Shown here one piece after another: positions 12,305 through 24,078 of a stretch of DNA of 64,000 nt. The position numbers and the translations under genes are program-made. The notes beneath the pieces were generated by a model. It saw nothing but the letters and a program-made list of their open reading frames with translations. It was not told where the DNA came from and did no database searches. The stretch is from Escherichia coli (lineage in GTDB: Bacteria > Pseudomonadota > Gammaproteobacteria > Enterobacterales > Enterobacteriaceae): the NCBI RefSeq assembly GCF_013315695.1, contig NZ_CP054353.1. One strand, 5' to 3'. Every line of letters begins with the position of its first letter. The stretch's first letter is position 1.

Positions 12305-12728
12305 GCAAAATGCTCCGGTTTCATGTCGTCAAAATGTTGACGTAATTAAGCATTGATAATTGAGATCCCTCTCCCTGACAGGATGATTGCATAAATAATA
12401 GTGATGAAAATAAATTATTTATTTATCCAGAAAATGAATTGGAAAATCAGGAGAGCGTTTTCAATCCTACCTCTGGCGCAGGTGATATGTAAGGCGGTGA
12501 TGTTATATCGCGTTGATTATTGATGCTGTTTTTAGTTTTAACGGCAATTAATATATATGTTATTAATTGAATGAATTTTATTATTCATTATATATATGTG
12601 TAGAATCGTGCGCAGGAGAAATATTCACTCAGGAAGTTATTACTCAGGAAGCAAAGAGGATTACAGAATTATCTCATAACAAGTGTTAAGGGATGTTATT
12701 TCCCGGTTCTCTGTGGCATAATAAACGA

Positions 12729-12935
12729 GTAGATGCTCATTCCATCTCTTATGTTCGCCTTAGTGCCTCATAAACTCCGGAATGACGCAGAGCCGTTTAC
12801 GGTGCTTATCGTCCACTGACAGATGTCGCTTATGCCTCATCAGACACCATGGACACAACGTTGAGTGAAGCACCCACTTGTTGTCATACAGACCTGTTTT
12901 AACGCCTGCTCCGTAATAAGAGCAGGCGTTTTTTT
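12729..12935 (+). ncRNA. glmZ: GlmZ small RNA (activator of glmS translation)
   Basis: sequence GTAGATGCTCATTCCATCTCTTATGTTCGCC...AACGCCTGCTCCGTAATAAGAGCAGGCGTTTTTTT matches my recollection of GlmZ including terminator hairpin; CATAAT -10 element ~7 nt upstream. Confidence 0.85.
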
Positions 12936-13533
12936 ATGACCGGATAAAGAACTGGTTACGTCGCTCCTGGGTCATCGGTTGCGCGTTTAACACTCTTACA
13001 AGAGAGCCTACCGTGACGATGGGAAGAAACGGATTCTCTTCTATTCCGCATAGATCGCGCCCGCAACGAGCAGCGGTATCTTCAACCAGCTCTTCTAACT
13101 CGACTGCGTCGCTCACCAAATCCAGATCATCGTCCAGTATATCATCGGCTTTCAGTGGCAGTGGGTAATCGATATAGCCGTTTCCTTGCAAGGTATCCCA
13201 CACCGCACGAATCACCCATGTATCTACGGTGTAGGTGTCAAATTCGCGGGCGAACTGGCAAATGGAGCGTCCCCGACGTTTATCTGCCATGATTCGGTAC
13301 TTCTTGAGGATCTTGATTTTTTCCTGCTTCGCCGCAGCTATCAGATATCCAATAAAAAGTGTTAACCAGAAGATGAATGTATTGCCCGTACGTACAAAGG
13401 AAATAATCAACCAACTTACGCCAGCCAGAGCGGCACATATCAACAAGATTAAAAAGAGCGTTGCCCGAAAAGGAGTAATTTCATGCGATGGCAAGCGGAA
13501 AAGATAGCGGGACGGCGTGCGCAATTTTGACAT
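12934..13533 (-). CDS. hypothetical small membrane protein (two predicted N-terminal TM helices, acidic C-terminal domain)
   Basis: uninterrupted 199-codon ORF lying between the glmZ terminator and the hemY terminator; weak translation-initiation context; family not recognised. Confidence 0.45.
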   Translation of the reverse strand: MSKLRTPSRYLFRLPSHEITPFRATLFLILLICAALAGVSWLIISFVRTGNTFIFWLTLFIGYLIAAAKQEKIKILKKYRIMADKRRGRSICQFAREFDTYTVDTWVIRAVWDTLQGNGYIDYPLPLKADDILDDDLDLVSDAVELEELVEDTAARCGRDLCGIEENPFLPIVTVGSLVRVLNAQPMTQERRNQFFIRS

Positions 13534-13538
13534 CCTGG

Positions 13539-13569
13539 TAAAAAAATATCGCCTCTGAACGAGGCGATA
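13539..13569 (-). terminator. intrinsic terminator downstream of hemY
   Basis: on minus strand: hairpin TATCGCCTC-GTTCA-GAGGCGATA followed by TTTTTTT. Confidence 0.65.
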
Positions 13570-13573
13570 TAGA

Positions 13574-14770
13574 TTACTGTGACGGGTTATTCTGTAAGGT
13601 CAGCATCAAACCGTCGCGGCGCATCGCTGCAGCTTCTTCTGGTTTGTGCAGTCTGTCCAGCGCGTCGGCAAGCCATGCGTAATCGTAGGCGTCCGGACGT
13701 TGTTTCAGCGCCGCGCGGAAGGCGAGCGATGCTTCCTGCCATTCGCCGTGCTTCATCAGCGACTGACCCAGTGTGCTCCACAACAACGGGCGATCGCCCA
13801 CGTTTTTGATCTGTTGGCGCAGCACTTTTTCCAGCTGTTCCGGGTTATTGGTTTTCAGACGCGGGATCGGCAGCAGCAGGCGATCGTCATACTGGCGTTT
13901 CAGGCCGTCGATGATAATTTGCTGGGCGGTGTCATGGTCATCACACTCAATAAGGTGTTCCGCCATTGCCACCTGTAACGCCACCTGATGACGCGTTTTC
14001 CGGCTTTGGTTTTTCCACCAGTTACGCAAACCTTCGCTACCGTTATCGGCACGCGCCTGATCCATCAGGCCAATCCATGCCTGTTGTTCCAGCATTGCAC
14101 GATGTTCTTCATCGCCAACGTGGGCTTTCGCCATTGATGGGATGATATCCAGCAGCGAACTCCATGCACCAGTGCGGATATACGCCTGTTCCGCCAGACG
14201 TAATACTTCCGGATGGCGTGGCGTAACTTCCAGCAGCTTATCCACGCCGTGGCGTGCAGCATGGTTTTCATTACGGGCCAGTTGCAGACGTACACGGGTG
14301 ATTTCTACCGGAATTGTGTCGTTGCCGGCCAGCTCCGCTGCGCGTTCCAGATGTTGGTTGGCGCGTGCTTCATCACCGCGTTGTTGCGCGGCTTCGGCAG
14401 CCAGCAGATAGTTCACCACCGGTTGTTCAGCGTGATCGGCATTTTTCGCCATCAGCTTTTCAACTTGCTGATAATCGCCTTCCGCTAGTTTCAGCAGCGC
14501 CTGTTCGGTCTGCTTACGGGCACGGCGACGCTTACGTCCGACAAACCACCCACGGGTGTGTGCGCCTGTGCGGAAGATCCGCCGCAGTAGCCACTCAATG
14601 GCAAACAGCACTACCATCGCCAGAATCAAAATAATCGCCAGGCCAGTGACGCTGGTTTCGATATTGTAGTTGTCGGTCTGAATCAATACGTACCCCTGAT
14701 GACCGGCAATCATCGGGCCAACCACGATCCCCGCAATCAGCAAAACAAAGAGCAATAACACTTTTAGCAT
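13574..14770 (-). CDS. hemY: HemY protein (TPR-containing inner membrane protein of heme pathway operon)
   Basis: 398 aa; operon position. Confidence 0.9.
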   Translation of the reverse strand: MLKVLLLFVLLIAGIVVGPMIAGHQGYVLIQTDNYNIETSVTGLAIILILAMVVLFAIEWLLRRIFRTGAHTRGWFVGRKRRRARKQTEQALLKLAEGDYQQVEKLMAKNADHAEQPVVNYLLAAEAAQQRGDEARANQHLERAAELAGNDTIPVEITRVRLQLARNENHAARHGVDKLLEVTPRHPEVLRLAEQAYIRTGAWSSLLDIIPSMAKAHVGDEEHRAMLEQQAWIGLMDQARADNGSEGLRNWWKNQSRKTRHQVALQVAMAEHLIECDDHDTAQQIIIDGLKRQYDDRLLLPIPRLKTNNPEQLEKVLRQQIKNVGDRPLLWSTLGQSLMKHGEWQEASLAFRAALKQRPDAYDYAWLADALDRLHKPEEAAAMRRDGLMLTLQNNPSQ

Positions 14771-14772
14771 GG

Positions 14773-15954
14773 TTATTCTCCTTGCGGCGCGGCTGCCGGA
14801 GTATCAGCTTGCGGTGCAGGTGCAGGTTTAGCTTCCGTTGCCCCCGCTGCCGGTTGTGCCAACAGGTTACGCACGCGAGTCTGCATCAGTTTTTCCAGCA
14901 TCGCCTGGCTTTGCAGGGTTTCGGGGAGATCCATCGAGATATTTTGCTGGCTTAACTGGTCCACCTCGTCGAGGAACGCTTTGGTGGTGGCATCATCAGT
15001 ATCGTAGTAAGCACGTACCCAGGTGGAGACGTTCTCCAGCGCCTGGCGATAAGTCTCTTCCTGATGACGCGGTACGGCTTGTGCCGCGACCAGCAGGCGA
15101 GAGCGAATATTTTCGCGCAGATAGATATCCTGATTTGGCGCTAACAGCGGTACGGCGGTGTCATCACGACGGCGAATCGTAATGAAGTTGTCCATAAAGT
15201 TCTGCCAGCTTTTTTGCAGATTGATACGCCATTCGCTGATGGAACTGGAAAGCTCTTCACCGTCGGAATCCATCGGCGAACCATCGCTGTCATTATCAGC
15301 CAGACGCAGGTTATCTACCTGATTTGAAAGCTGATTAAGCTTAAGGATAATGCCGTCATAATCCACCTGCGATACCGCAGAAAGGCTGGCGATATCATCG
15401 GTAATTGCCCGGCGAACGGTAATCAGACTCGGGTCATTCATATCCGCCAGGCTGGCGTCTGCACTTTTCAGCAACGCTGCAGCGGTCGTGACGTCCTGAT
15501 CGCTCCACAGCTTCCGTCCGGCGAGTTTCACCAGGAAATCAGCCTGAGCCAGCAGCCAGGTTTTAGCATCGCTGCCGGAAATAGTCGCGACCTTTTGTTG
15601 GACTTCATCCAGCTGTTTTGCCAGCGTTTCTTGCTGACGATTCGCCTGCTCAAGCTGTACAGCTTGTTGCTTGATAATGCCTTCCAGCTCGGCTTTTTGG
15701 CTCTCCTGGGCTTTTTGCAGTGCCGTAAGTTGGTTAGCCAGGGCATCGCTGGTGGCAGTCTGATTGACGGCCTGTTGTTTACCCCAGCCATACAAACCGA
15801 CGCCCGCCGCCAGAGCAATAGCGATAGCCACCGCGCTGAGAATCAATGCGGTATTGTTCTTACTCTTTTTTTCTGTTGCGACAGGTTGTGACGTGGTGTC
15901 CACGGCCTCCCTGGTCTCTTCAACCACGGCGGAGGTTTTTTCTTGTTCCGTCAT
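14773..15954 (-). CDS. hemX: HemX membrane protein
   Basis: 393 aa, Ala/Gln-rich coiled-coil; operon position. Confidence 0.9.
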   Translation of the reverse strand: MTEQEKTSAVVEETREAVDTTSQPVATEKKSKNNTALILSAVAIAIALAAGVGLYGWGKQQAVNQTATSDALANQLTALQKAQESQKAELEGIIKQQAVQLEQANRQQETLAKQLDEVQQKVATISGSDAKTWLLAQADFLVKLAGRKLWSDQDVTTAAALLKSADASLADMNDPSLITVRRAITDDIASLSAVSQVDYDGIILKLNQLSNQVDNLRLADNDSDGSPMDSDGEELSSSISEWRINLQKSWQNFMDNFITIRRRDDTAVPLLAPNQDIYLRENIRSRLLVAAQAVPRHQEETYRQALENVSTWVRAYYDTDDATTKAFLDEVDQLSQQNISMDLPETLQSQAMLEKLMQTRVRNLLAQPAAGATEAKPAPAPQADTPAAAPQGE

Positions 15955-15975
15955 TATGGCTTCCTGTTATGAGAG

Positions 15976-16716
15976 TTATTGTAATGCCCGTAAAAGCGCA
16001 TCGTTGTCAGCGTTATCGGCGACCTTAATGTCTTGCCAGCCCAGTTCCCGGGCGAGTTTCGCCAAACGCTCACTGACGACCAATAGTCGACAGCGTAGTA
16101 ACCAGTGCTCACGATACCATTGTGGGATCAGCGACCAGAGTTGCTGCAACATTTCACCGCTGGTAACAACGACTGTCGTCACCTCGCGGGATTGCCAGCG
16201 CATCGCTTCTTCTGCACCATCGTAATGGATTGCGCATCGTTGATAACATTCACAAAAAGTGACCTCAGCACCGCGCGCCGTCAGGGTATCCCCAATTAGC
16301 TCACGACCGCCATTGCCACATAATATCAGCGCACGTTTGCCCGCAATATTTTGTAATTCAGGTAATTGTAGCAAGACTTCGCTGATTTCCCGATCCTGCG
16401 GGTAGAGAATCTTCTGTCCGCTTACGGTATGTAATGCCAGTGCGGTGGTGCGTCCAATGGCGAAATAATCAGGTAGTCGGGGCCATTTACGATCTTGCTG
16501 ATGTAGCTGTGATTGGGCAAAAGCAACCGCGTGTTGCGAGAGGGCAAACAACAGATCGCTCTCCCCCAGCGCTGCCAGTTGATCAGCAAGTTGCGGTAAT
16601 TGTCGACCCGGAGAAAACTCAATCAGCGGAAAATGCCAGGCCACCTGCCCCAGTGTGCGCAGACGGCTCACTAACTCTTCTCCAGCGGGAGACGGGCGGG
16701 TGACCAGGATACTCAT
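15976..16716 (-). CDS. hemD: uroporphyrinogen-III synthase
   Basis: 246 aa; overlaps hemC stop. Confidence 0.9.
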   Translation of the reverse strand: MSILVTRPSPAGEELVSRLRTLGQVAWHFPLIEFSPGRQLPQLADQLAALGESDLLFALSQHAVAFAQSQLHQQDRKWPRLPDYFAIGRTTALALHTVSGQKILYPQDREISEVLLQLPELQNIAGKRALILCGNGGRELIGDTLTARGAEVTFCECYQRCAIHYDGAEEAMRWQSREVTTVVVTSGEMLQQLWSLIPQWYREHWLLRCRLLVVSERLAKLARELGWQDIKVADNADNDALLRALQ

Positions 16717-17654
16717 GCCGGGGCGTCTCCGTTATAGACTTCAGCGAGGATCTCGCGCGCGCCGTTATTCAGTAGCTCTTCTGCCAGCGAAATCCCCATT
16801 TGTTCGGCATCTTGCGGCGCACCGCGGCGTTCACCGCGAATAATCTGCGAACCGTCCGGCGCGCCGACCAGCGCACGCAGCCAGATTTCGCCATCAATAA
16901 GCTCGGCGTAGCTACCAATTGGCACCTGACATCCGCCTTCGAGACGGGTATTCATGGCGCGTTCTGCGGTAACGCGCAGTGCAGTTTCGTGGTGATTCAG
17001 CGCGGCAAGCAGCTCGCGAGTGCGTGTATCATCAAGGCGGCATTCAATACCGACCGCACCTTGTCCTACCGCCGGAAGAGAAATCTCGGGTGGTAACGCG
17101 GCGCGAATACGTGACTCCAGACCTAAACGTTTTAGTCCGGCTACGGCAAGAATGATGGCATCGTATTCGCCGTTATCCAGTTTACTCAGGCGAGTGCCGA
17201 CGTTGCCGCGCAGGGAGCGGATAATCAGATCCGGGCGGCGTTCAGCCAGTTGGCACTGGCGACGTAAACTGGACGTCCCGACGATACTGCCTGCCGGTAA
17301 CGCATCCAGACTTTCATAGTTATTGGACACAAAGGCATCGCGAGGATCTTCACGCTCACAAATAGTGACCAGCCCCAGACCTTGCGGGAATTCAACCGGC
17401 ACATCTTTCATTGAATGTACGGCGATATCGGCGCGATTCTCCAGGAGCGCGACTTCCAGCTCTTTTACAAATAAGCCTTTTCCGCCTACTTTCGCCAGCG
17501 GCGTATCAAGAATCACATCGCCGCGCGTCACCATCGGTACCAGTTCAACGACCAGGCCCGGATGGCTCGCCATCAACTTGTCTTTGACATAGTGTGCCTG
17601 CCAGAGTGCAAGTGGGCTTTGGCGTGTGGCAATTCTTAAAACATTGTCTAACAT
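16713..17654 (-). CDS. hemC: porphobilinogen deaminase (hydroxymethylbilane synthase)
   Basis: 313 aa from [20 protein letters not shown]... Confidence 0.9.
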   Translation of the reverse strand: MLDNVLRIATRQSPLALWQAHYVKDKLMASHPGLVVELVPMVTRGDVILDTPLAKVGGKGLFVKELEVALLENRADIAVHSMKDVPVEFPQGLGLVTICEREDPRDAFVSNNYESLDALPAGSIVGTSSLRRQCQLAERRPDLIIRSLRGNVGTRLSKLDNGEYDAIILAVAGLKRLGLESRIRAALPPEISLPAVGQGAVGIECRLDDTRTRELLAALNHHETALRVTAERAMNTRLEGGCQVPIGSYAELIDGEIWLRALVGAPDGSQIIRGERRGAPQDAEQMGISLAEELLNNGAREILAEVYNGDAPA

Positions 17655-17871
17655 GCTTGTTACCGTCATTATCATCCGTGGTCCATCCTAACATCCTTGC
17701 CAGAGCGATGTCAGTGTTGTGGTGAAACGTAGACGCCTGCGCAAACCGTAAAATGAGGTCTGGCAGTGGATCCTGACAGGCGTTTCACGCCGTCGTAATA
17801 AGGAATTTACAGAGAATAAACGGTGCTACACTTGTATGTAGCGCATCTTTCTTTACGGTCAATCAGCAAGG

Positions 17872-17887
17872 TGTTAAATTGATCACG
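17872..17887. promoter_or_regulatory. CRP-like half-palindrome in hemC-cyaA divergent regulatory region
   Basis: TGTTAAATTGATCACG resembles TGTGA-N6-TCACA; location approximate, not verified. Confidence 0.25.
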
Positions 17888-18040
17888 TTTTAGACCATTT
17901 TTTCGTCGTGAAACTAAAAAAACCAGGCGCGAAAAGTGGTAACGGTTACCTTTGACATACGAAATATCCCGAATGCCGCGTGTTACCGTTGATGTTGGCG
18001 GAATCACAGTCATGACGGGTAGCAAATCAGGCGATACGTC

Positions 18041-20587
18041 TTGTACCTCTATATTGAGACTCTGAAACAGAGACTGGATGCCATAAATCAATTGCGTGTG
18101 GATCGCGCGCTTGCTGCTATGGGGCCTGCATTACAACAGGTCTACAGTCTACTGCCGACATTGTTGCACTATCACCATCCGCTAATGCCGGGTTACCTTG
18201 ATGGTAACGTTCCCAAAGGCATTTGCCTTTACACGCCTGATGAAACTCAACGCCACTACCTGAACGAGCTTGAACTGTATCGTGGAATGTCAGTACAGGA
18301 TCCGCCGAAAGGTGAGCTTCCAATTACTGGTGTATACACCATGGGCAGCACCTCGTCCGTAGGGCAAAGTTGTTCCTCTGACCTGGATATCTGGGTCTGT
18401 CATCAATCCTGGCTCGATAGCGAAGAGCGCCAGTTACTACAACGTAAATGCAGCCTGCTGGAAAGCTGGGCCGCCTCGCTGGGTGTGGAAGTCAGCTTCT
18501 TCCTGATTGATGAAAATCGCTTCCGTCATAATGAAAGCGGCAGCCTGGGGGGCGAAGATTGTGGCTCCACCCAGCATATACTGCTGCTTGACGAATTTTA
18601 TCGTACCGCCGTGCGTCTCGCCGGTAAGCGTATTCTGTGGAATATGGTGCCGTGCGACGAAGAAGAGCATTACGACGACTATGTGATGACGCTTTACGCG
18701 CAGGGCGTGCTGACGCCAAATGAATGGCTGGATCTTGGTGGCTTAAGCTCACTTTCTGCTGAAGAGTACTTTGGTGCCAGCCTTTGGCAGCTCTACAAGA
18801 GTATCGATTCCCCGTACAAAGCGGTACTGAAAACACTGCTGCTGGAAGCCTATTCCTGGGAATACCCGAACCCACGACTGCTGGCGAAAGATATCAAACA
18901 GCGTTTGCACGATGGCGAGATTGTATCGTTTGGCCTCGATCCATACTGCATGATGCTGGAGCGTGTTACGGAATACCTGACGGCGATTGAAGATTTCACC
19001 CGTCTGGATTTAGTACGCCGCTGCTTCTATTTAAAAGTGTGCGAAAAACTCAGCCGCGAACGCGCCTGCGTAGGCTGGCGTCGTGAAGTGCTAACCCAGT
19101 TAGTGAAAGAGTGGGAATGGGACGATGCGCGTCTGGCAATGCTCGATAACCGCGCTAACTGGAAGATTGATCAGGTGCGTGAGGCGCACAACGAGCTGCT
19201 CGATGCAATGATGCAGAGCTACCGTAATTTGATCCGCTTTGCGCGTCGCAATAACCTTAGCGTCTCCGCCAGTCCGCAGGATATCGGCGTACTGACACGT
19301 AAGCTGTACGCCGCGTTTGAAGCATTGCCAGGTAAAGTGACGCTGGTAAACCCGCAGATTTCGCCCGATCTCTCGGAACCGAATCTGACCTTTATTTATG
19401 TGCCGCCGGGCCGGGCTAACCGTTCAGGTTGGTATCTGTATAACCGCGCGCCAAATATTGAGTCGATCATCAGCCATCAGCCGCTGGAATATAACCGTTA
19501 CCTGAATAAACTGGTGGCGTGGGCATGGTTTAACGGCCTGCTGACCTCGCGCACCCGCTTGTATATTAAAGGCAACGGCATTGTCGATTTGCCTAAGTTG
19601 CAGGAGATGGTCGCCGACGTGTCGCACCATTTCCCGCTGCGCCTGCCTGCACCGACGCCAAAAGCGCTCTACAGCCCATGTGAGATTCGCCATCTGGCGA
19701 TTATCGTTAACCTGGAATATGACCCGACAGCTGCGTTCCGCAATCAGGTGGTGCATTTTGATTTCCGTAAGCTGGACGTCTTCAGCTTTGGCGAGAATCA
19801 AAATTGCCTGGTAGGTAGCGTGGACCTGCTGTACCGCAACTCGTGGAACGAAGTGCGTACGTTGCACTTCAACGGCGAGCAGTCGATGATCGAAGCCCTG
19901 AAAACCATTCTCGGCAAAATGCATCAGGACGCCGCACCGCCAGATAGCGTGGAAGTCTTCTGTTATAGCCAGCATCTGCGCGGGTTAATCCGTACTCGCG
20001 TGCAGCAACTGGTTTCTGAGTGTATTGAACTGCGTCTTTCCAGCACCCGCCAGGAAACCGGGCGCTTCAAGGCGCTGCGCGTCTCCGGTCAAACCTGGGG
20101 CTTGTTCTTCGAACGGCTGAATGTATCGGTACAGAAACTGGAAAACGCCATCGAGTTTTATGGCGCTATTTCGCATAACAAACTGCACGGCCTGTCAGTG
20201 CAGGTTGAAACCAATCACGTCAAATTACCGGCGGTGGTGGATGGCTTTGCCAGCGAAGGGATCATCCAGTTCTTCTTCGAAGAAACGCAAGACGAGAATG
20301 GCTTTAATATCTACATTCTCGACGAAAGCAACCGGGTTGAGGTGTATCACCACTGCGAAGGCAGCAAAGAGGAGCTGGTGCGTGACGTCAGTCGCTTCTA
20401 CTCGTCATCGCACGACCGTTTTACCTACGGCTCAAGCTTCATCAACTTCAACCTGCCGCAGTTCTATCAGATTGTGAAGGTTGATGGTCGTGAACAGGTG
20501 ATTCCGTTCCGCACCAAATCGATTGGCAACATGCCGCCTGCCAATCAGGATCACGACACGCCGCTATTACAGCAGTATTTTTCGTGA
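18041..20587 (+). CDS. cyaA: adenylate cyclase (class I)
   Basis: 848 aa; TTG initiation codon at 18041; translation [18 protein letters not shown]... Confidence 0.95.
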   Translation: MYLYIETLKQRLDAINQLRVDRALAAMGPALQQVYSLLPTLLHYHHPLMPGYLDGNVPKGICLYTPDETQRHYLNELELYRGMSVQDPPKGELPITGVYTMGSTSSVGQSCSSDLDIWVCHQSWLDSEERQLLQRKCSLLESWAASLGVEVSFFLIDENRFRHNESGSLGGEDCGSTQHILLLDEFYRTAVRLAGKRILWNMVPCDEEEHYDDYVMTLYAQGVLTPNEWLDLGGLSSLSAEEYFGASLWQLYKSIDSPYKAVLKTLLLEAYSWEYPNPRLLAKDIKQRLHDGEIVSFGLDPYCMMLERVTEYLTAIEDFTRLDLVRRCFYLKVCEKLSRERACVGWRREVLTQLVKEWEWDDARLAMLDNRANWKIDQVREAHNELLDAMMQSYRNLIRFARRNNLSVSASPQDIGVLTRKLYAAFEALPGKVTLVNPQISPDLSEPNLTFIYVPPGRANRSGWYLYNRAPNIESIISHQPLEYNRYLNKLVAWAWFNGLLTSRTRLYIKGNGIVDLPKLQEMVADVSHHFPLRLPAPTPKALYSPCEIRHLAIIVNLEYDPTAAFRNQVVHFDFRKLDVFSFGENQNCLVGSVDLLYRNSWNEVRTLHFNGEQSMIEALKTILGKMHQDAAPPDSVEVFCYSQHLRGLIRTRVQQLVSECIELRLSSTRQETGRFKALRVSGQTWGLFFERLNVSVQKLENAIEFYGAISHNKLHGLSVQVETNHVKLPAVVDGFASEGIIQFFFEETQDENGFNIYILDESNRVEVYHHCEGSKEELVRDVSRFYSSSHDRFTYGSSFINFNLPQFYQIVKVDGREQVIPFRTKSIGNMPPANQDHDTPLLQQYFS

Positions 20588-20626
20588 TGAGCGTGCCGGA
20601 AAGCGAGGCTTATCCGGCATGCAATC

Positions 20627-20947
20627 TTAGCGGAAACTGACTGTTTCATCCGCCTGCTGCGTTGCCGCCTGTTCCAGCAAATCCCAGAAGGTTTCGCCGC
20701 TACGATCGCAAATCCACTCATCGCCTTTCATATCAAAATGGTAGCCGCCCTGTTTGGTTGCCAGCCATACCTGGTGCAGCGGTTCCTGGCGGTTGATAAT
20801 GATTTTGCTCCCGTTTTCAAAGGTAATGGTCAGCACACCGCCGTTGATTTCGCAGTCGATATCGCTATCGCCATCCCAGTCGTCCAGACGCTCTTCAATG
20901 GTCAGCCACAGTTGATCAGCCAGGCGATGAAATTCACTGTCGTTCAT
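20627..20947 (-). CDS. cyaY: frataxin homolog (iron-sulfur cluster assembly)
   Basis: 106 aa, acidic; convergent with cyaA. Confidence 0.9.
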   Translation of the reverse strand: MNDSEFHRLADQLWLTIEERLDDWDGDSDIDCEINGGVLTITFENGSKIIINRQEPLHQVWLATKQGGYHFDMKGDEWICDRSGETFWDLLEQAATQQADETVSFR

Positions 20948-21416
20948 TGTTGTATCCTGTTTTTAAGTGATGGCGGCAGTATAGCGGTATGGGGTCAGGG
21001 CTTCAAAGTTTGCCCGTCTGCGGCTGCGTTACGGCATGATTCATCCGTCAACGGAATAATAATATCTCTATATAGCGAAAGATTGGTCTTTTCATAAGGG
21101 CGCAGGTACACCACGCCTTTTCCCTGTTTCTGGTAAATATTATGTTCCGGCTCATCAAGCCGACATCCCCATGCCGATGATAAAAACAACGAACAAGACA
21201 ACAAACAAACCACATTGCGATAGTGCATAAAGCCATCCTGGCGCGAGGTGCCGATCACGAAACTACCAGCAAAACATAAATCGCCACGTGTAAGCGTTAT
21301 ACTCGCAGCATTTCCTCACTTTTCAGACTTCATAAAGAGTCGCTAAACGCTTGCTTTTACGCCTTCTCCTGCGATGATAGAAAGCAGAAAGCGATGAACT
21401 TTACAGGCAATCCATA

Positions 21417-21620
21417 ATGAAAAACGTGTTTAAGGCACTCACTGTATTACTTACTCTCTTCAGCCTGACGGGCTGCGGTCTGAAAGGTCCGCTCTATTTC
21501 CCGCCTGCAGATAAAAACGCACCGCCGCCGACCAAACCGGTAGAGACGCAAACGCAATCCACAGTGCCGGATAAAAACGACCGCGCCACTGGCGATGGTC
21601 CATCCCAGGTGAATTACTAA
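21417..21620 (+). CDS. yifL: small lipoprotein
   Basis: 67 aa; lipobox LTGC after signal peptide. Confidence 0.8.
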   Translation: MKNVFKALTVLLTLFSLTGCGLKGPLYFPPADKNAPPPTKPVETQTQSTVPDKNDRATGDGPSQVNY

Positions 21621-21656
21621 AAGTCAGTTTCTGTACCCGCGTGATTGGAGTAAATG

Positions 21657-22481
21657 ATGCAGTTCTCGAAAATGCATGGCCTTGGCAACGATTTTATGGT
21701 CGTCGACGCGGTAACGCAGAATGTCTTTTTTTCACCGGAGCTGATTCGTCGCCTGGCGGATCGGCACCTGGGGGTAGGGTTTGACCAGCTGCTGGTGGTT
21801 GAGCCGCCGTATGATCCTGAACTGGATTTTCACTATCGCATTTTCAATGCTGATGGCAGTGAAGTGGCGCAGTGCGGCAACGGTGCGCGCTGCTTTGCCC
21901 GTTTTGTGCGCCTGAAAGGGCTGACTAATAAGCGCGATATCCGCGTCAGCACCGCCAACGGGCGGATGGTTCTGACCGTCACCGATGATGATCTGGTTCG
22001 CGTAAACATGGGCGAGCCCAACTTCGAACCTTCCGCTGTGCCGTTTCGCGCTAACAAAGCGGAAAAGACCTATATTATGCGCGCCGCCGAGCAGACAATC
22101 TTATGCGGCGTGGTGTCGATGGGAAATCCGCACTGCGTGATTCAGGTTGATGATGTCGATACTGCAGCGGTAGAAACGCTTGGTCCTGTTCTGGAAAGCC
22201 ACGAACGTTTCCCGGAGCGCGCCAATATCGGTTTTATGCAAGTGGTTAAGCGCGAGCATATTCGTTTACGCGTTTATGAGCGTGGGGCAGGAGAAACCCA
22301 GGCCTGCGGCAGCGGCGCGTGTGCGGCGGTGGCGGTAGGGATTCAGCAAGGTTTGCTGGCCGAAGAAGTACGCGTGGAACTCCCCGGCGGTCGTCTTGAT
22401 ATCGCCTGGAAAGGTCCGGGTCACCCGTTATATATGACTGGCCCGGCGGTACATGTCTACGACGGATTTATTCATCTATGA
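21657..22481 (+). CDS. dapF: diaminopimelate epimerase
   Basis: 274 aa [13 protein letters not shown]...; catalytic Cys motifs. Confidence 0.9.
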
Positions 22482-23185
22482 AGCAACCAGGGGAAGAACT
22501 GCAGGAAACACTCACGGAGCTTGATGACCGGGCGGTTGTCGATTATCTGATTAAAAATCCTGAGTTTTTTATCCGCAATGCGCGCGCAGTTGAAGCGATA
22601 CGTGTGCCGCATCCGGTACGCGGCACCGTTTCGTTGGTCGAATGGCACATGGCCCGTGCACGTAATCATATTCATGTTCTGGAAGAGAACATGGCGCTGT
22701 TGATGGAACAGGCTATCGCCAACGAAGGCCTGTTTTATCGCTTACTCTACTTGCAGCGTAGTCTCACCGCCGCCAGCAGTCTCGACGATATGCTGATGCG
22801 CTTTCACCGCTGGGCGCGCGATCTCGGCCTGGCGGGTGCGAGCCTGCGCCTGTTCCCGGATCGCTGGCGTTTAGGTGCGCCGTCGAACCACACTCATCTG
22901 GCATTAAGCCGTCAGTCTTTCGAACCGCTGCGTATTCAGCGTCTGGGGCAGGAACAGCACTATCTGGGGCCGCTTAACGGACCGGAGCTTCTGGTGGTGC
23001 TACCGGAAGCGAAAGCGGTGGGATCGGTGGCGATGTCGATGCTGGGAAGCGATGCTGATTTGGGTGTTGTGTTGTTTACCAGTCGCGATGCCAGTCACTA
23101 TCAACAAGGGCAGGGAACGCAGTTACTTCATGAAATTGCGCTGATGTTGCCGGAGCTTCTGGAGCGTTGGATTGAACGCGTATGA
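22478..23185 (+). CDS. yigA: DUF484 protein
   Basis: 235 aa; 4-bp overlap with dapF and xerC. Confidence 0.85.
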
Positions 23186-24078
23186 CCGATTTACACACCG
23201 ATGTAGAACGCTACCTACGTTATCTGAGCGTGGAGCGTCAGCTTAGCCCGATAACCCTACTTAACTATCAGCGTCAGCTTGAGGCGATCATCAATTTTGC
23301 CAGTGAAAACGGCCTGCAAAGCTGGCAGCAATGTGATGTGACGATGGTGCGCAATTTCGCTGTACGCAGCCGCCGTAAAGGGCTGGGAGCTGCAAGTCTG
23401 GCGTTACGGCTTTCTGCGCTACGTAGCTTTTTTGACTGGCTGGTCAGCCAGAACGAACTCAAAGCCAACCCGGCGAAAGGTGTTTCGGCACCGAAAGCGC
23501 CGCGTCATCTGCCGAAAAACATCGACGTCGATGATATGAATCGGCTGCTGGATATTGATATCAACGATCCCCTCGCTGTACGCGACCGTGCAATGCTGGA
23601 AGTGATGTACGGCGCGGGTCTGCGTCTTTCCGAGCTGGTGGGGCTGGATATCAAACACCTCGACCTGGAGTCTGGTGAAGTGTGGGTGATGGGAAAAGGC
23701 AGCAAAGAGCGCCGCCTGCCGATTGGTCGCAACGCTGTGGCGTGGATTGAGCACTGGCTTGATTTGCGCGACCTGTTTGGTAGCGAAGACGACGCGCTTT
23801 TTCTGTCGAAACTGGGCAAGCGTATCTCCGCGCGTAATGTGCAGAAACGCTTTGCCGAATGGGGCATCAAACAAGGGCTGAATAATCACGTTCACCCGCA
23901 TAAATTACGTCACTCGTTCGCTACGCATATGCTGGAGTCGAGCGGCGATCTTCGTGGTGTGCAGGAGCTGCTGGGTCATGCCAACCTCTCCACCACGCAA
24001 ATCTATACTCATCTTGATTTTCAACACCTTGCCTCGGTGTACGATGCGGCGCATCCACGTGCCAAACGGGGGAAATAA
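23182..24078 (+). CDS. xerC: tyrosine site-specific recombinase XerC (chromosome dimer resolution)
   Basis: 298 aa; R..HxxR..Y tyrosine recombinase motifs; conserved dapF-yigA-xerC-yigB operon context. Confidence 0.9.

Noticed and set aside
13235-13507. 90-codon plus-strand ORF antisense to the 199-codon ORF
   Set aside because: Shorter, and its translation is low-complexity without recognisable features; the longer minus-strand frame explains the open region.
19424-19975. 183-codon minus-strand ORF inside cyaA
   Set aside because: Antisense shadow ORF within conserved cyaA coding sequence.
23182-24078. Tyrosine recombinase as a possible phage or island integrase
   Set aside because: Sits in the conserved dapF-yigA-xerC-yigB operon with no adjacent tRNA target or phage genes; it is the chromosomal XerC resolvase.
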